43,700 nucleotides of DNA, from sequence record SRR31156797_8471. One strand, given 5' to 3'. Below are positions 10,723 through 22,917 of this stretch, in pieces. Every line of letters starts with the position of its first letter. Positions within the stretch are counted from its first letter, which is position 1. Position numbers and translations under genes: made by a program. The notes below the pieces were generated by a model, which searched no databases, was not told where the DNA came from, and saw only the letters and a program-made list of their open reading frames with translations.

Positions 10723-12357
10723 TTAACGACGATAAGTTCGCCAACTAAACAACCAAAATAAAACACCAATAGCCCCGCTACTCGCGGCTAACTGCTCGTA
10801 ATCGCTTGTTACCAATATTGTTGAGCATACGATTAATGTTGCACCGATGCCAAATAAAAACTTACCAGTTGCTTGTTGACGCTTGGTATCACGGTACCCC
10901 TGATAAAGCTGATCAATACGCTGATTCATCACCTTTCCTTGGCGTAGGCTATCGTATAGCAATTCAGGAAGCTCTGGCAATTTTTCTGCCCAAAATGGTG
11001 CTCTCTCTTTCACTGCATTGATCACAGCTTGAGGACCTACCTGCTGCATCATCCACTTTTCAAGAAACGGTTTAGCGGTTTGCCATAAATCCAGTTGTGG
11101 GTATAGCTGACGCCCTAACCCTTCAACATAAAGCAATGTTTTTTGCAGCAACACGAGCTGAGGTTGCACTTCCATGTTGAATCGACGAGCGGTGTTGAAC
11201 AAGTTTAACAACACATGACCAAAAGAGATTTCACACAACGGCTTGGCGAATATCGGTTCACAAACAATACGAATCGCGACTTCGAACTCATCGATATTGG
11301 TATCTTGGGGAACCCAACCAGAATCGACGTGTAATTCAGCCACTTTGCGGTAATCACGGTTGAAGAACGCGAGGAAGTTCTCGGCTAAATAGCGTTTATC
11401 TTCGCTGTTCAGCGTACCAACGATGCCGCAATCTAAACCGATCCATTGTGGATTATCCGGATGTTCTGGATTCACAAACACATTACCCGGATGCATGTCG
11501 GCATGGAAGAAGCTGTCACGAAAAACCTGAGTAAAGAACACGCTCACGCCGCGCTCAGCCAACAGCTTCATGTTGGTACCATTAGCCTGTAGGCGTTCGA
11601 TATCTGAAACTTGAATGCCGTAAATACGCTCGGACACCATCACGGTTTCGTTGCTTAAATCACTGATAACTTCCGGTACATATAGCTCTTCGCTGCCTTC
11701 AAAATTGCGGCGCAGACGAATCGCATTGGCCGCTTCACGGCGCAGATCCAGTTCATCAATCAGTGTTTTTTCATATTCACGAACCACTTCAACCGGTTTT
11801 AAACGTTTCGCTTCAGCGGTTGCCTTTGCCACGATACGCGCCATGCGATACATCAGCTTTAAATCAGCATCAATCACAGGACGGATATCCGGACGAATCA
11901 CTTTTAAAACGATTTCTCGTCCATTCTCTTTCAGCTTGGCAGTATGTACCTGCGCAATAGAGGCAGACGCTAATGGCTCGATATCAAAATCGTCAAACCA
12001 TTGTTCTAAAGGACCACCGAGTGCCGCTTCCATCTGTTTTTTGGCTTTATGACCATCAAAGGGCGCCACTTTATCCTGCAGTAAAGCCAATTGATCAGCG
12101 ATATGAGGAGGGAACAGATCACGACGTGTCGACATCATCTGACCAAACTTAATCCAAACCGGCCCTAACTCCTGCAAAGCTAAACGCAGACGCTCTCCAA
12201 GCGGTTTATCTGGGTATTGATTGCGAATCCAAAACAGTGATTTTCGCATCAACAGAGGAATTTTAGTCAGTTGATGCTGAGGAACGAACTCGTCCAGCCC
12301 GTATTCAAGCTGAACTTTAATAATTCGGTATAAGCGCTTAACTTCTGCTGGCGTCAT
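10723..12357 (-). CDS. ubiB: Ubiquinone biosynthesis kinase-like protein UbiB
   Basis: ABC1 motifs [29 protein letters not shown]; ubiE-ubiJ-ubiB-tatABC synteny. Confidence 0.97.
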   Translation of the reverse strand: MTPAEVKRLYRIIKVQLEYGLDEFVPQHQLTKIPLLMRKSLFWIRNQYPDKPLGERLRLALQELGPVWIKFGQMMSTRRDLFPPHIADQLALLQDKVAPFDGHKAKKQMEAALGGPLEQWFDDFDIEPLASASIAQVHTAKLKENGREIVLKVIRPDIRPVIDADLKLMYRMARIVAKATAEAKRLKPVEVVREYEKTLIDELDLRREAANAIRLRRNFEGSEELYVPEVISDLSNETVMVSERIYGIQVSDIERLQANGTNMKLLAERGVSVFFTQVFRDSFFHADMHPGNVFVNPEHPDNPQWIGLDCGIVGTLNSEDKRYLAENFLAFFNRDYRKVAELHVDSGWVPQDTNIDEFEVAIRIVCEPIFAKPLCEISFGHVLLNLFNTARRFNMEVQPQLVLLQKTLLYVEGLGRQLYPQLDLWQTAKPFLEKWMMQQVGPQAVINAVKERAPFWAEKLPELPELLYDSLRQGKVMNQRIDQLYQGYRDTKRQQATGKFLFGIGATLIVCSTILVTSDYEQLAASSGAIGVLFWLFSWRTYRR

Positions 12358-12360
12358 AAA

Positions 12361-12996
12361 TTATTTAGCACCCTCGGCTTTTTCTAAACCTTGATTTTTT
12401 TCCAAGAATGCAGACAGCTTGGCTTCAAATCGTGCAGCCTGACTTTTGACATCATCAACCTGATCGCAGAAATAAGCGATTTCTAACGGAGCAGGTGCAA
12501 TACGCCACTCTTCTGTCAGCACTTGTGCAACATGATTCTGGTGCTTAGTAAATTGAGATTGTAATAAAGAGCCAACATTTTTAGCCCCTTGAACAACCGT
12601 ATGAGCGACAACATCTCCCGTCGCGCGCGATAGCCACTCTTCAATATCCGGCTTACAGTCGGTCATTAACTGAGAGAATTTCTGAGCCAATTGAATATCA
12701 CCTTCGAGCACCAGTTTATCCTGCTTAATCAACTTAGTGATGTTGGCTTGCTCTCGCAATTCCGGCAAAACAGACAGGTGAAGAGAAAGATAGCAATCGG
12801 GATCGCCTTCGTAATTCGCCAGAACATCAATTTGTTGGCTGAAAACAAAGGTGAGTGTTTTATCGATTTCTTTTAGATGAACCTGAATCACTTGCCCTTT
12901 TAATCGAGCAAGGCGACGACCTAAGTTCGGATCGTCGTTAATCAGGGTGTTGAGCGAAGTTTCGATTACAGCGGTAACAAGAGGTTCAAACGGCAT
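12361..12996 (-). CDS. ubiJ: Ubiquinone biosynthesis accessory factor UbiJ (SCP2 domain)
   Basis: SCP2-like LEGDIQLAQ, DIEEWLS...GDVVAH; lies between ubiE and ubiB. Confidence 0.92.
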   Translation of the reverse strand: MPFEPLVTAVIETSLNTLINDDPNLGRRLARLKGQVIQVHLKEIDKTLTFVFSQQIDVLANYEGDPDCYLSLHLSVLPELREQANITKLIKQDKLVLEGDIQLAQKFSQLMTDCKPDIEEWLSRATGDVVAHTVVQGAKNVGSLLQSQFTKHQNHVAQVLTEEWRIAPAPLEIAYFCDQVDDVKSQAARFEAKLSAFLEKNQGLEKAEGAK

Positions 12997-13005
12997 AATC
13001 AGACC

Positions 13006-13788
13006 TTAGAATTTGTAACCACGGTGCAATGCAACAATGCCACCAGTGAGGTTGTAATAACTCGCTTGTTCAAAGCCAGCATCAACCATCATTCCTTTCA
13101 GCGTTTCCTGGTCAGGGTGCATACGGATAGACTCCGCCAAGTAACGGTAACTCTCAGAGTCATTCGCAATTAACTCGCCCATTTTTGGCAAAATGTGGAA
13201 TGAGTAAGCATCGTAGATTTTTGATAACGGATCTAAAATCGGTTTAGAGAACTCAAGCACCAGCAGACGACCGCCTGGTTTCAATACTCGGAACATAGAG
13301 CGCAACGCTTTATCTTTATCGGTCACATTACGCAGACAGAAGCTGATGGTAATACAGTCAAAGTAGTTATCTGGGAAAGGCAGTTCTTCAGCGTTTGCCT
13401 GAACGAAATCGACGTTACCAACAATGCCGCGATCGCGAAGCTTGTCACGGCCAACATTAAGCATCGAGTTGTTAATATCTGCCAGAATGACGTGGCCAGT
13501 ATCGCCAACAATGCGTGAAAACTTAGCCGCTAGATCACCTGTACCGCCACCCAAATCGAGAACTTTATGACCCGGACGCGCACCAGCACAATCAATCGTA
13601 AAACGCTTCCACAAACGGTGAACGCCGCCTGACATCAAGTCATTCATGATGTCATACTTCGCTGCTACAGAGTGGAATACTTGAGCAACCTTGGTTGCTT
13701 TTTCTTCTTTACGCACGGTTTCAAAACCGAAATGAGTTGTGTCTTGATTTTCAATAGCTGTATTGGTTTGCACGCTGGTATCCGTCAT
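13006..13788 (-). CDS. ubiE: Ubiquinone/menaquinone C-methyltransferase UbiE
   Basis: [34 protein letters not shown] motifs. Confidence 0.98.
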   Translation of the reverse strand: MTDTSVQTNTAIENQDTTHFGFETVRKEEKATKVAQVFHSVAAKYDIMNDLMSGGVHRLWKRFTIDCAGARPGHKVLDLGGGTGDLAAKFSRIVGDTGHVILADINNSMLNVGRDKLRDRGIVGNVDFVQANAEELPFPDNYFDCITISFCLRNVTDKDKALRSMFRVLKPGGRLLVLEFSKPILDPLSKIYDAYSFHILPKMGELIANDSESYRYLAESIRMHPDQETLKGMMVDAGFEQASYYNLTGGIVALHRGYKF

Positions 13789-13851
13789 TTTTCATCCTCT
13801 TAAGCAGCACACTTCTGCTTTGGCGTAACACCAAACGGCTGCTGCGGGCTG

Positions 13852-15387
13852 TTAGTTTACTTTATCCTCCCCTTGATGTCTTTCTACTAAAGAGTCATTT
13901 TCGAAATCTTCGCTGATTTGTGCCTTCTCCGCCCACTTTGAATGAATAGAACGTTTAATTTCAACACCTAACTGTTTAAAGCTCTCGGCCTGACCTATCG
14001 CATTGCCACGCCCAGTAACCAGTTTGTTCATGGCACCTTGGTAGTTTTGATTGGCTCTATCCAGTGCAGAACCCAAGCCTTCCATATCATCAACAAACAG
14101 TCTTAGTTTGTCGTAGAGCTTACTGGCTCGATCAGCAATCACCCGAGCATTTTGGTTTTGACGGTCATTACGCCATAAGTTATCAATCGTGCGCAGTGCT
14201 ACCAGCAAGGTTGTCGGACTAACAATCATGATGTTTTGCTCCATCGCATCCCTGATTAAACTAGGGTCAGCTTGGATAGCGACTTGGAATGCCGGCTCTA
14301 CCGGAATAAACATCAACACGTAATCTAAAGTCTGGATACCTTGCAGTTGGTGATAATCTTTCTGACTCAACCCTTTAATGTGATTACGCAGTGCCAGCAG
14401 GTGATCACGCAGGGCAACATCTCTCTCTTCATCCGTTTCGGCATTGAAGTAACGCTCGTAAGCCACCAGCGTCATTTTAGAATCGACAACCACTTGCTTA
14501 TCTTGAGGCAGGTGAACAATCACATCCGGTTGATAACGCTTACCCGCTTCGTTCTGCAAGCTCACCTGAGTTTCGTACTCGTGACCTTCTCGCAGACCGG
14601 ATTCCGCCAACACGCGAGCCAGAACCACTTCTCCCCAGTTGCCCTGTTGCTTGTTGTCACCTTTTAACGCCTGAGTGAGGTTGACCGCTTCTTTCGCCAT
14701 CTGCTCGTTTAGATTGCGTAGATTCCGTAACTCATGAACCAAAGTATGACGCTCTTTCGCTTCTTGGTTGAAGTTATCGTTAACCTGCTTCTTAAAGCCT
14801 TCCAGTTGCTCTTTTAAAGGCGTCAGCAAACCATCGAGACTCTGTTTGTTCTGCTCATCCACTTTAGCGGTTTTGGTTTCGAAGACCTGATGGGCAAGGT
14901 GCTCAAATTGCTGCTTTAAGCGCTCTTCCGCCCCTTCCAGCAGTTTCAGTTTCTCTGCGTTCGCTTCTAACTGTTGATTATGACGAGCTTCTTGCTCACG
15001 CACTTGAACATCCAACTGCGCTTTTTGTTCACGCAAATGGCTCAACTCCTCACTGTATTGATCACGCTCGCCTTTCACCGCATCGAAGTAACGCAGCTTT
15101 TCCATTGCTGCCATAAGTTTGCCATGCAGCTGCTTTAGCTCATATTCCGCTTTGTCTCTTTCCTGATCGAGCTCTTCCAACTCACCCATACTATTGTGAA
15201 GCTGAACTTTTAGCTGCTCTATCTGCTGTTGATACCAACGAGCGTCATTAATGATTTGTTGATCGAGCAGTTGAGTTCTCACCTGCATTTTTTGGCGAAC
15301 CCAAACTCCAATCACGGTCCCTGAAATGATCGCGCTCACTAACGCTGGGGCCCAAAGCAGTATATTTTCAATAATCCATTGCATCAT
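13852..15387 (-). CDS. rmuC: DNA recombination protein RmuC
   Basis: N-terminal TM, long coiled coil, QGNWGE, QPDVIVHLP...VDSK nuclease-like motif, SPTTL. Confidence 0.96.
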   Translation of the reverse strand: MMQWIIENILLWAPALVSAIISGTVIGVWVRQKMQVRTQLLDQQIINDARWYQQQIEQLKVQLHNSMGELEELDQERDKAEYELKQLHGKLMAAMEKLRYFDAVKGERDQYSEELSHLREQKAQLDVQVREQEARHNQQLEANAEKLKLLEGAEERLKQQFEHLAHQVFETKTAKVDEQNKQSLDGLLTPLKEQLEGFKKQVNDNFNQEAKERHTLVHELRNLRNLNEQMAKEAVNLTQALKGDNKQQGNWGEVVLARVLAESGLREGHEYETQVSLQNEAGKRYQPDVIVHLPQDKQVVVDSKMTLVAYERYFNAETDEERDVALRDHLLALRNHIKGLSQKDYHQLQGIQTLDYVLMFIPVEPAFQVAIQADPSLIRDAMEQNIMIVSPTTLLVALRTIDNLWRNDRQNQNARVIADRASKLYDKLRLFVDDMEGLGSALDRANQNYQGAMNKLVTGRGNAIGQAESFKQLGVEIKRSIHSKWAEKAQISEDFENDSLVERHQGEDKVN

Positions 15388-15433
15388 AAAGGTTTACTTC
15401 ATCTTGGCTAATGTGAAAAATGGTATTTCTATA

Positions 15434-15449
15434 CTGGATAAATGTCCAG
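15434..15449. promoter_or_regulatory. LexA (SOS) box upstream of rmuC
   Basis: taCTGGATAAATGTCCAGt = CTG-N10-CAG; rmuC/yigN is a known LexA-regulon gene in gammaproteobacteria. Confidence 0.8.
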
Positions 15450-15531
15450 TTTGTAGCGTAATTATTCCACCGTTAGACTAGCCAAACATTAACACTAACA
15501 ATAAAAACATCAGTCAGTTAGGGAAAACATC

Positions 15532-16434
15532 ATGAACGAACGTCGCGCCTTAGGTTTAGGGCTATCAGCGGTACTCTTTTGGTCCACCGTAGCCACTGCA
15601 TTTAAGTTAACCTTAGCTGAGTTCACTCCCATCCAAATGCTGACCGTGGCCAGCATTGTCTCAGCCGCTGCGCTTCTGGCTATCTGCGCTGTCAAAGGTA
15701 CCCTTAATCAGGTTACAAACACGTTTTTTGCTAACCCTTGGTACTACCTATTGCTCGGCCTGATTAACCCTCTGGCTTACTATCTGATTTTATTTAAAGC
15801 GTATGCCTTACTCCCAGCTTCGCAAGCTCAGTCCATTAATTATAGCTGGGCTATCACATTAACGTTTATGGCCGCGGTTTTCTTGGGTCAAACTATCAGA
15901 AAGCAAGACTGGTTTGCTTGTGTATTGAGTTATTTAGGCGTAATTGTCATTGCCACCCAAGGAGATATCTTAGGCTTGCAGTTTGATAGCCCACTGGGTG
16001 TTGGGTTGGCTCTGCTTTCTACGCTGCTTTGGGCTGGCTACTGGATACTGAATACCAAAAACCAAGCCGACCCTATTGTCGGTGTTCTGCTCGGTTTCCT
16101 GATTGCGATTCCATTTGCTGTTGCCTTGAGTTGGTATGAAGGTGCGCCTTGGGGACAAATTTCCGTTCAAGGTTGGGCTGCGGTGACTTATGTCGGCTTA
16201 TTCGAAATGGGCATTACCTTCGTGCTGTGGCTAAGCGCATTGAAAAGCACCAACAACACCGCAAGGATCAGCAACCTGATTTTTGCCTCACCTTTTATTT
16301 CGCTGATGCTGCTTGCCACCATTATTGGTGAAGAGATTCATCCATCGACGCTCATTGGCTTGGTGCTGATCATTATTGGCTTAGTTGTTCAGCAATTGAA
16401 ATTTGCTAGAAAGTTGGCAACCAACAAAACATAA
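15532..16434 (+). CDS. DMT/EamA family transporter
   Basis: About 10 TM helices in two EamA-like repeats. Confidence 0.88.
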   Translation: MNERRALGLGLSAVLFWSTVATAFKLTLAEFTPIQMLTVASIVSAAALLAICAVKGTLNQVTNTFFANPWYYLLLGLINPLAYYLILFKAYALLPASQAQSINYSWAITLTFMAAVFLGQTIRKQDWFACVLSYLGVIVIATQGDILGLQFDSPLGVGLALLSTLLWAGYWILNTKNQADPIVGVLLGFLIAIPFAVALSWYEGAPWGQISVQGWAAVTYVGLFEMGITFVLWLSALKSTNNTARISNLIFASPFISLMLLATIIGEEIHPSTLIGLVLIIIGLVVQQLKFARKLATNKT

Positions 16435-16440
16435 ACCCGA

Positions 16441-17265
16441 TTAAAACAGCTGATACGCTAACTCCACCCCCTGACCGCGGATTCGGTCTATAACCGCATA
16501 CACATCAGGGGAGAGAGACAAAGCTTTCGCTGCTGGATGACGAGTAAGAAACGCGCGCTTTTCACGCTCATCAAATAGTGAGTCCCAGCGCTTATGGATT
16601 TCACGGGCTAAAAACAGCACACAAGCGAGTTTTTTCGCTTCAACCGCTCTGCCCGGATGGTTAACGTTTTCTATCGCGTCAGCCATCTCTTCAGGGAATT
16701 GCCATTCACGGGCCAGCTTAGCGCCAAGCTCTTGGGCATCGGTTTCCAGTAGCTCTTGTTGCACTCGGATCGCTTCTTCACCACTTTCTACCCGGTACTT
16801 TATCTGTGATGCCAGAGCGGGCTCTAATGCATGAATCATCAACTCGCCAATATTATGTAATACGCCAGTGGTAAACGCTTCGTTAGGATCGAGCCTAACC
16901 GACCTTGCCAACTGGCTGGCTATCATGGCGACTTCAAACGTATTCGCCCAGTAGTCTTTGATATTAATGGTATCGAGTTTAGGAAACACGCCGGAAACTA
17001 CCGATGAAGAGATCAATGTGCGAACCGCACCACTGCCGACTCGAATAATCGCTTCATTGATGGTAGAAACACCTTTCGCGCCACCAAATTGTGCCGAGTT
17101 AGCCATACGAAGCACCCGTGCACTGAGCACTTGATCCATCGACATTTTACGCGACAACTCACTGAAATTAACGTTATCGCTGTTCACCATATTGAGTAAC
17201 TCTTGCTGGATACTTTCAATACGGGGTAATTCATTAAAACGAGAAATCAAGACTGCTTGGCTCAT
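16441..17265 (-). CDS. HDOD domain protein
   Basis: LP...DQVLSARVLRMANS, AIIRVG, GVLHNIGEL, LAREWQFP motifs. Confidence 0.9.
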   Translation of the reverse strand: MSQAVLISRFNELPRIESIQQELLNMVNSDNVNFSELSRKMSMDQVLSARVLRMANSAQFGGAKGVSTINEAIIRVGSGAVRTLISSSVVSGVFPKLDTINIKDYWANTFEVAMIASQLARSVRLDPNEAFTTGVLHNIGELMIHALEPALASQIKYRVESGEEAIRVQQELLETDAQELGAKLAREWQFPEEMADAIENVNHPGRAVEAKKLACVLFLAREIHKRWDSLFDEREKRAFLTRHPAAKALSLSPDVYAVIDRIRGQGVELAYQLF

Positions 17266-17418
17266 TCAGGCTACTCCTTTTCCTACCCAACAAATCAACT
17301 ATAGTTTAGAAAGCCCTCAAAGTTGAAGAAGCCATTTTCTTTACAATCAAAGCTGGAATCTAGCTCAAAAACCTTACATTAAAACGACAGCTACAACTCA
17401 CACGTGTGACGCAGTGAC

Positions 17419-17443
17419 AAAAAAGCCGGAAATAATTCCGGCT
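17419..17443 (-). terminator. Intrinsic terminator after araC
   Basis: AGCCGGAA-TTAT-TTCCGGCT hairpin followed by a T-run on the minus strand. Confidence 0.75.
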
Positions 17444-17451
17444 AAATAAAC

Positions 17452-18291
17452 TCAAGTAATTTTCTCTCGATACAGCTTGGGGCTGACCCCAGCTTTGCGC
17501 TTAAAGACGCGCGAGAAATAGAGCGGGTCTGAGTATCCAACGATCCGACCGATATGGTTCACCGAGTAGTGAGTGGTAACTAACAACTGCTTGGCTCGAC
17601 TGATTCTCTGATCATCACGCCACTGGGTAATCGTCATCTTCATCTCATCGCGGAACAGGTGGCCTAGACGAGACGGTGATAAGCAGGTGTGCGCAGCAAT
17701 GTCTTCAAGGGTGAAATCTTGGTTGAGGTTCTGCGTCATATAGTTAATCGCTTGGATAATTCTTGGATCAAGCGGCTTAGTCACCACGTCAGGCTGTACC
17801 GACTTACAACGGATGAGCAACTGTTCCAACAAATTAATCGCCAAATCATCGCGATACGGCAAATCTGACTTTGCCGTATATTCGATATCAACGAACAAGC
17901 TTTCAATATGCTCAACATCTTGAGCCGATAGACCGCTGGTGACATAAACACCATTGCGTTCTTCTTGCCAACTTAACCAATCATTCCAAAAGGCACGCGG
18001 GCGGAAATACACCCAACGGTGAAACCAGGAGGCGTTGTCTTTTTTACGATGGTAATAGTGCGCGGCACTTGGCGGGAAAAGTAGGATATCGCCAGCTTGA
18101 ACATGAAACTCATGCTCACCAGAGAAAATGGTGCCTTCACCTTTGCTGGTGATATTAATGATATACCCTTTCATACCGCTTTGACGGTCGATAGTGTAAT
18201 CGAGTTCATCACCTTCAATGATTGGAGTCAGGCCTGCGACAAGATGCGCGTCAAAGTCATATCCGGGTTTGAGAGGATCGGTATTTTGCAT
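17452..18291 (-). CDS. araC: Arabinose operon regulator AraC
   Basis: DPLKPGYDFDAHLVAGLTPI arm, HRWVYFRPRAFW, C-terminal double HTH (CLSPSRLGHLFR, DPLYFSRVFK). Start could instead be 18357/18360. Confidence 0.95.
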   Translation of the reverse strand: MQNTDPLKPGYDFDAHLVAGLTPIIEGDELDYTIDRQSGMKGYIINITSKGEGTIFSGEHEFHVQAGDILLFPPSAAHYYHRKKDNASWFHRWVYFRPRAFWNDWLSWQEERNGVYVTSGLSAQDVEHIESLFVDIEYTAKSDLPYRDDLAINLLEQLLIRCKSVQPDVVTKPLDPRIIQAINYMTQNLNQDFTLEDIAAHTCLSPSRLGHLFRDEMKMTITQWRDDQRISRAKQLLVTTHYSVNHIGRIVGYSDPLYFSRVFKRKAGVSPKLYREKIT

Positions 18292-18356
18292 AGACCAACA
18301 ATCACGAGAATTTTGTCTAGTGTATGTTGAGCCGGGGAGTATTGCGATTTTCGACA

Positions 18357-18869
18357 TCACATTTTATCTAATACGATCCATTGAGTGGCTGAAAAAGCTT
18401 CACGAAACAGATCCGGTTTTATCGAATGACGGATAGATTCACTGGGAAGTCCGTGTCTACGCCGCTGCCAATCCGATAAGTCCACTGAGGTATGTGCACT
18501 GGTTTCCCCCTCATCCAACGGCGTAATTGCGTGCCGAATATCGAGTCGAGTCGGAATACTATTGCGTGCCAGGTACTCAATGACCACCGCTTTCTCGTGA
18601 AAATAGTAGTTCATATTGACGGACAGCTTGTCACCATGATGAATCTGACACCACTGCTCAATACGATTTTGACGGTGACGAAACTTCCATTCAGCTTGCG
18701 AGGAATCCAGTAATTCACCATTGTTGAGCAACTCAAGCTGCCCCTGATACACCAAATTTCCTGCATAAAACAGTTGAAACTGGGTAGGACACGGTTCAGC
18801 TACGCGTAACGTCCATTGGTGATTTTGAATATCTAAAGCTTGTTCAGCTTGGGAGTCGTCAACCGTCAT
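18357..18869 (-). CDS. Hypothetical protein in the ara operon (possible degenerate aldose 1-epimerase-like fold)
   Basis: 170-aa ORF with GAGG RBS between araA and araC; LSVNMNYYF...VVIEYLA..IPT resembles a mutarotase beta-sandwich segment only weakly. Confidence 0.6.
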   Translation of the reverse strand: MTVDDSQAEQALDIQNHQWTLRVAEPCPTQFQLFYAGNLVYQGQLELLNNGELLDSSQAEWKFRHRQNRIEQWCQIHHGDKLSVNMNYYFHEKAVVIEYLARNSIPTRLDIRHAITPLDEGETSAHTSVDLSDWQRRRHGLPSESIRHSIKPDLFREAFSATQWIVLDKM

Positions 18870-18915
18870 AATTACCTCTACAACTCCCCCTCAGCGAGCT
18901 GAGGGGGTTTATCGA

Positions 18916-20418
18916 TTAAACGCCAGAAGCTAAGCGGTAGTACAAGCTGTTGGTTTTTAGCTCTTGCTTGAACTTACGAGTTTCTGTGTTTTCATCAATC
19001 ACAACCATTTCCATACCTAGGATGTCAGCGTAATCAGCCAATGTGTCTACATTCACTTGTTGGCTGTAAGCACTGTGGTGTGCGCCACCAGCATGGATCC
19101 AAGTTGCTGCTGCAACTTGTAGGTTTGGCATTGGTTCCCATAGTGCGTGTGCCACTGGTAGGTGCGGCATACTTTGCGGTGGGTTTACAGTCTTAACTGT
19201 GTTCACAACCATGCGGAAACGGTTACCCAGATCGATCACTGATACGTTTAGAGCATTGCCCTCTTTACCACTGAACAGCAGACGTGGCACATCACATTTC
19301 AGACCGATAGTATGGCGATGTATTTCCAACTTAGGTTTTGCAGAAGCGATGGTTGGACACACTTCTAACATGTGTGCACCTAGCGCTTGATCCGTTGCGC
19401 CGAAGTTATAGGTGTAGTCTTCCATGAACGAAGTACCACCTTCGCGGCCTTTACCCATCTGCTTCATGATGTGAACCATGGCCGATGTTTTCCAGTCACC
19501 CTCACCACCGTAACCGAAACCTTTCGCCATCAGGCGTTGAGTTGCAAGACCCGGTAAAGAACCTAAACCTGTTAAGTTTTCAAACGTGTTAGTGAATGCA
19601 CTTGCGCCAACATCTGTTAGGAAACGCTCCATACCCACTTCTAAGCGAGCTTCATGTTGCATCAGTTTAAGAAGCGCAGAATCCGTCAATAGTTCTGACT
19701 GCATTTCGTAAGTTGATGCGTACTCATCCAGCATGCGCGCAACATCTGCATCAGAGACCGATTGAATGACGTCTGTCAGCTCACCAAGACCGTAAGCATT
19801 CACTTCATAACCGAACTGAATTTGCGCAGAAACCTTGTTACCTTCAGTAACGGCAACTTGGCGCATGTTGTCACCGAAACGGGCTACTTTCAGTTTTTGA
19901 CCTGCATCGATACCAACGGCTGCACGACACCAGTCGTCAATTTCTGCGTGAACATTCGGGTTCTGCCAATGACCAACCACCACTTTACGATCGACATCCA
20001 TACGAGTACCGATGAAGCCGAACTCACGACAGCCATGCGCACTTTGGTGAGTGTTCATGTAGTTCATGTCGATATCATCCCAAGGAAGAGCGGCATTGAA
20101 CTGAGTATGTAGGTGAAGGAATGGTTTGTTTAGCTGAGAAAGCCCTGCAATCCACATTTTCGCTGGAGAGAAAGTGTGCATCCACAGAACCAAACCGATA
20201 CAGTCAGGGTCATTATTCGCTGCACGACAGACGTTTAGAATCTCTTCTGGTGACTTAACCGTACCTTTATCAACCATAGGTACAGAAATTGCACTTGTTT
20301 CGTTAAAGCTTGCGACGATTTGAGCGCTGTCTTGCGCTACGTTTTCCAGTACTTTTGGTCCGTAAAGCGTTTGCGAACCAGTAACAAACCAAACCTGTTT
20401 TTCGTTAAATACTTTCAT
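18916..20418 (-). CDS. araA: L-arabinose isomerase
   Basis: [53 protein letters not shown]. Confidence 0.98.
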   Translation of the reverse strand: MKVFNEKQVWFVTGSQTLYGPKVLENVAQDSAQIVASFNETSAISVPMVDKGTVKSPEEILNVCRAANNDPDCIGLVLWMHTFSPAKMWIAGLSQLNKPFLHLHTQFNAALPWDDIDMNYMNTHQSAHGCREFGFIGTRMDVDRKVVVGHWQNPNVHAEIDDWCRAAVGIDAGQKLKVARFGDNMRQVAVTEGNKVSAQIQFGYEVNAYGLGELTDVIQSVSDADVARMLDEYASTYEMQSELLTDSALLKLMQHEARLEVGMERFLTDVGASAFTNTFENLTGLGSLPGLATQRLMAKGFGYGGEGDWKTSAMVHIMKQMGKGREGGTSFMEDYTYNFGATDQALGAHMLEVCPTIASAKPKLEIHRHTIGLKCDVPRLLFSGKEGNALNVSVIDLGNRFRMVVNTVKTVNPPQSMPHLPVAHALWEPMPNLQVAAATWIHAGGAHHSAYSQQVNVDTLADYADILGMEMVVIDENTETRKFKQELKTNSLYYRLASGV

Positions 20419-20421
20419 GAT

Positions 20422-21159
20422 TTACCCTTTATTCTTAGCTGACTGACCGTAATATGCATTTGCCCCGTGTTTACGTAGGTAATGCTTATCGAGCAACGCC
20501 TGATTGATATATTCCACAGAAGGATTAATTTGCAGCGTTTGCAGAGCCATGCCTGCAACGACTTCGGTCACAACTGCGTTATGTACCGCGTTGTGGGCAT
20601 CTTTGCCCCAACAAAACGGTGCATGTTCTTTTACTAAAATGCCTGGAATTGCCATTGGGTCTTCATCACCAATTGTTTCAGCAATCACAAGGCCGGTATT
20701 CAATTCGTAAGCTTTATCTATTTCTTCATTGGTCAGCGCACGGGTACATGGAATGCTGCCGTAGAAGTAGTCCGCATGAGTCGTACCTAAAGCAGGAATC
20801 GCTTTACCCGCTTGCGCCCATGCCGTTGCCTGAGGAGAATGGGTGTGAACAACACCACCCACTTTCGCGTAAGTGCGATACATCACCAGGTGGGTCGCGG
20901 TATCCGAAGAAGGATTTAAGTCGCCTTCAACCACATTGCCTTCCAAATCAACCACCACCATGTTCTCAGCACTGAGATCTTCGTACGCCACACCGCTAGG
21001 CTTGATAACCACCAAACCAGATTCACGGTCGATAGCCGAAACGTTACCCCAAGTGAACGTGACTAAGTTGTGACGTTCCAAATCAAGGTTCGCCTGCCAA
21101 ACATCATGGCGTAGCTTTTTTAAGCGCTGTTCTTGGTCTAATAAAGCTTGATCACTCAT
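20422..21159 (-). CDS. araD: L-ribulose-5-phosphate 4-epimerase
   Basis: [48 protein letters not shown]. Confidence 0.97.
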   Translation of the reverse strand: MSDQALLDQEQRLKKLRHDVWQANLDLERHNLVTFTWGNVSAIDRESGLVVIKPSGVAYEDLSAENMVVVDLEGNVVEGDLNPSSDTATHLVMYRTYAKVGGVVHTHSPQATAWAQAGKAIPALGTTHADYFYGSIPCTRALTNEEIDKAYELNTGLVIAETIGDEDPMAIPGILVKEHAPFCWGKDAHNAVHNAVVTEVVAGMALQTLQINPSVEYINQALLDKHYLRKHGANAYYGQSAKNKG

Positions 21160-22856
21160 TAGTTACGCTCCTGAGACAGTTTCGATTCTGAAATTTGCTC
21201 AAGGTGCTGACCTAACTCGCGGTAACCTGCATAGCGCTGCTCACGAACTTCTTGTGTTGCTGCGTTTGGTTTGTAAACCTGACTAATTGGGCTCGCCATT
21301 GCTTTTTGCGCCTGCTGAGCGTCTTCATAAACGCCCGCTGCTACCGCCGCAAAGATTGCTGCACCCAGTGCACAGCACTGCTCAGAGCTTGCGACTGCAA
21401 TTTCACGACCAATCACATCCGCACACATCTGCATCACATAAGGCGATTTTTGGGAAATACCACCGATAGCGATAACACGCTCAACATCCATGCCTTGGTC
21501 AACAAAGCAGTCAACAATCGCTTTTGCGCCATGAGCCGTAGATTCAACCAATGCTGCAAACATTGCTGGTGCTGTAGAGCCTAAGTTCAGATCCGTGAAT
21601 GCACCTTTGAGACGCTGGTTTGCGTAAGGCGTGCGACGACCGTTATGCCAATCCATTGCCAGTGGAGAGTTTTCGTTGAAGCCATAATCTTGAGCCGCCT
21701 GCGCAAGCATCGGGATCATCGCATCATCAAGCTGTTCCATCACTTTGGCAGCTTCTGGGTTATCTTTTACGAGTTGCTGAATTGGCCACATCAACACACG
21801 TTTGTACCAAGCGTAAGCATCACCGAATGCAGACTGCCCCGCTTCTAGAGCCATCAAGCTTGGTAGCGCACTGCCTTTCACCTGACCACAGATACCGTGA
21901 ATGGTTTTGTCGCCGACTTTGTCAGCATCAACCATCAGAATGTCACAAGTAGAAGTACCGATAACTTTTACTAGGTCGTGTTCACCCGCACCCGCGCCAA
22001 CAGCGCCCATGTGGCAGTCAAATTCACCGACCGCAACAGCTAAACCAGCAGGTAAGCCCAATTTTTCAGCCCACTCTTCAGTCAGGTAACCCGCAACATC
22101 TTCAGAGGTGTAAACCTCATCGAACATACGCGCACGAATACCATCCAGAGTCGGAGAAATAGCCGAAAGGAATTTTTGCTCAGGTAAACCGCCCCAGCTG
22201 TCATGCCACATTGCTTTATGACCAGCCGCACAGATACCGTGACGGAACTTGCTTGGGTGCTCGTTGCCAGAAAGCAGAGCAGGAATCCAGTCACACAACT
22301 CAACCCAGCTATGCGCCTGTTTAGCGACTTGCTCGTCTTGTTCACTGACCCAAGCCGCTTTTGCCCAGAACCATTCAGAAGAATAAATACCACCAATGTA
22401 CTTGGTGTAGTCGATGAACTCACCGCCATGCGCCAGTTCATTGATTAGGTCTGCTTTAGAGACCGAAGTGTGGTCTTTCCACAAAATGAACATCGCGTTC
22501 GGGTTTTCTTCAAACTCAGGTAGCAAGGCTAAAACATTACCTTCTGCGTCAACCGGTGCTGGTGTCGAGCCTGTGGTATCAACCCCAATACCCACTACAG
22601 ACTGAGCAACTTCAGCAGGTACATGAGTCAGCGCTTCTTGGATCGCCTGAGTCATGGCTTCTATATAGTCTTTTGGGTGATGACGAAACTGAGATTGCTC
22701 AGGTTGGCTATATTTGCCTTCCATCCAGCGTGGGTAGTAAGTGACGCCAGAGGCCACTTCCTCACCACTTACAGCGTTGACGATTAATGCGCGAACTGAA
22801 TCGGAACCAAAGTCCAGACCAATAACATGCGCCGGGTGTGTCGCTAAATGCTTCAT
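21159..22856 (-). CDS. araB: Ribulokinase
   Basis: [46 protein letters not shown]; start at MKHLATH behind GGAG. Confidence 0.97.
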   Translation of the reverse strand: MKHLATHPAHVIGLDFGSDSVRALIVNAVSGEEVASGVTYYPRWMEGKYSQPEQSQFRHHPKDYIEAMTQAIQEALTHVPAEVAQSVVGIGVDTTGSTPAPVDAEGNVLALLPEFEENPNAMFILWKDHTSVSKADLINELAHGGEFIDYTKYIGGIYSSEWFWAKAAWVSEQDEQVAKQAHSWVELCDWIPALLSGNEHPSKFRHGICAAGHKAMWHDSWGGLPEQKFLSAISPTLDGIRARMFDEVYTSEDVAGYLTEEWAEKLGLPAGLAVAVGEFDCHMGAVGAGAGEHDLVKVIGTSTCDILMVDADKVGDKTIHGICGQVKGSALPSLMALEAGQSAFGDAYAWYKRVLMWPIQQLVKDNPEAAKVMEQLDDAMIPMLAQAAQDYGFNENSPLAMDWHNGRRTPYANQRLKGAFTDLNLGSTAPAMFAALVESTAHGAKAIVDCFVDQGMDVERVIAIGGISQKSPYVMQMCADVIGREIAVASSEQCCALGAAIFAAVAAGVYEDAQQAQKAMASPISQVYKPNAATQEVREQRYAGYRELGQHLEQISESKLSQERN

Positions 22857-22917
22857 AACAACTCCATGTAGGGTGATATTTTTCTTTCTTTTATACCCCC
22901 GCATGGATTATTCAGCC

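Noticed and set aside
17398-17419. TCACACGTGTGA palindrome / CRP-like site upstream of the HDOD gene
   Set aside because: Half-site spacing does not fit TGTGA-N6-TCACA.
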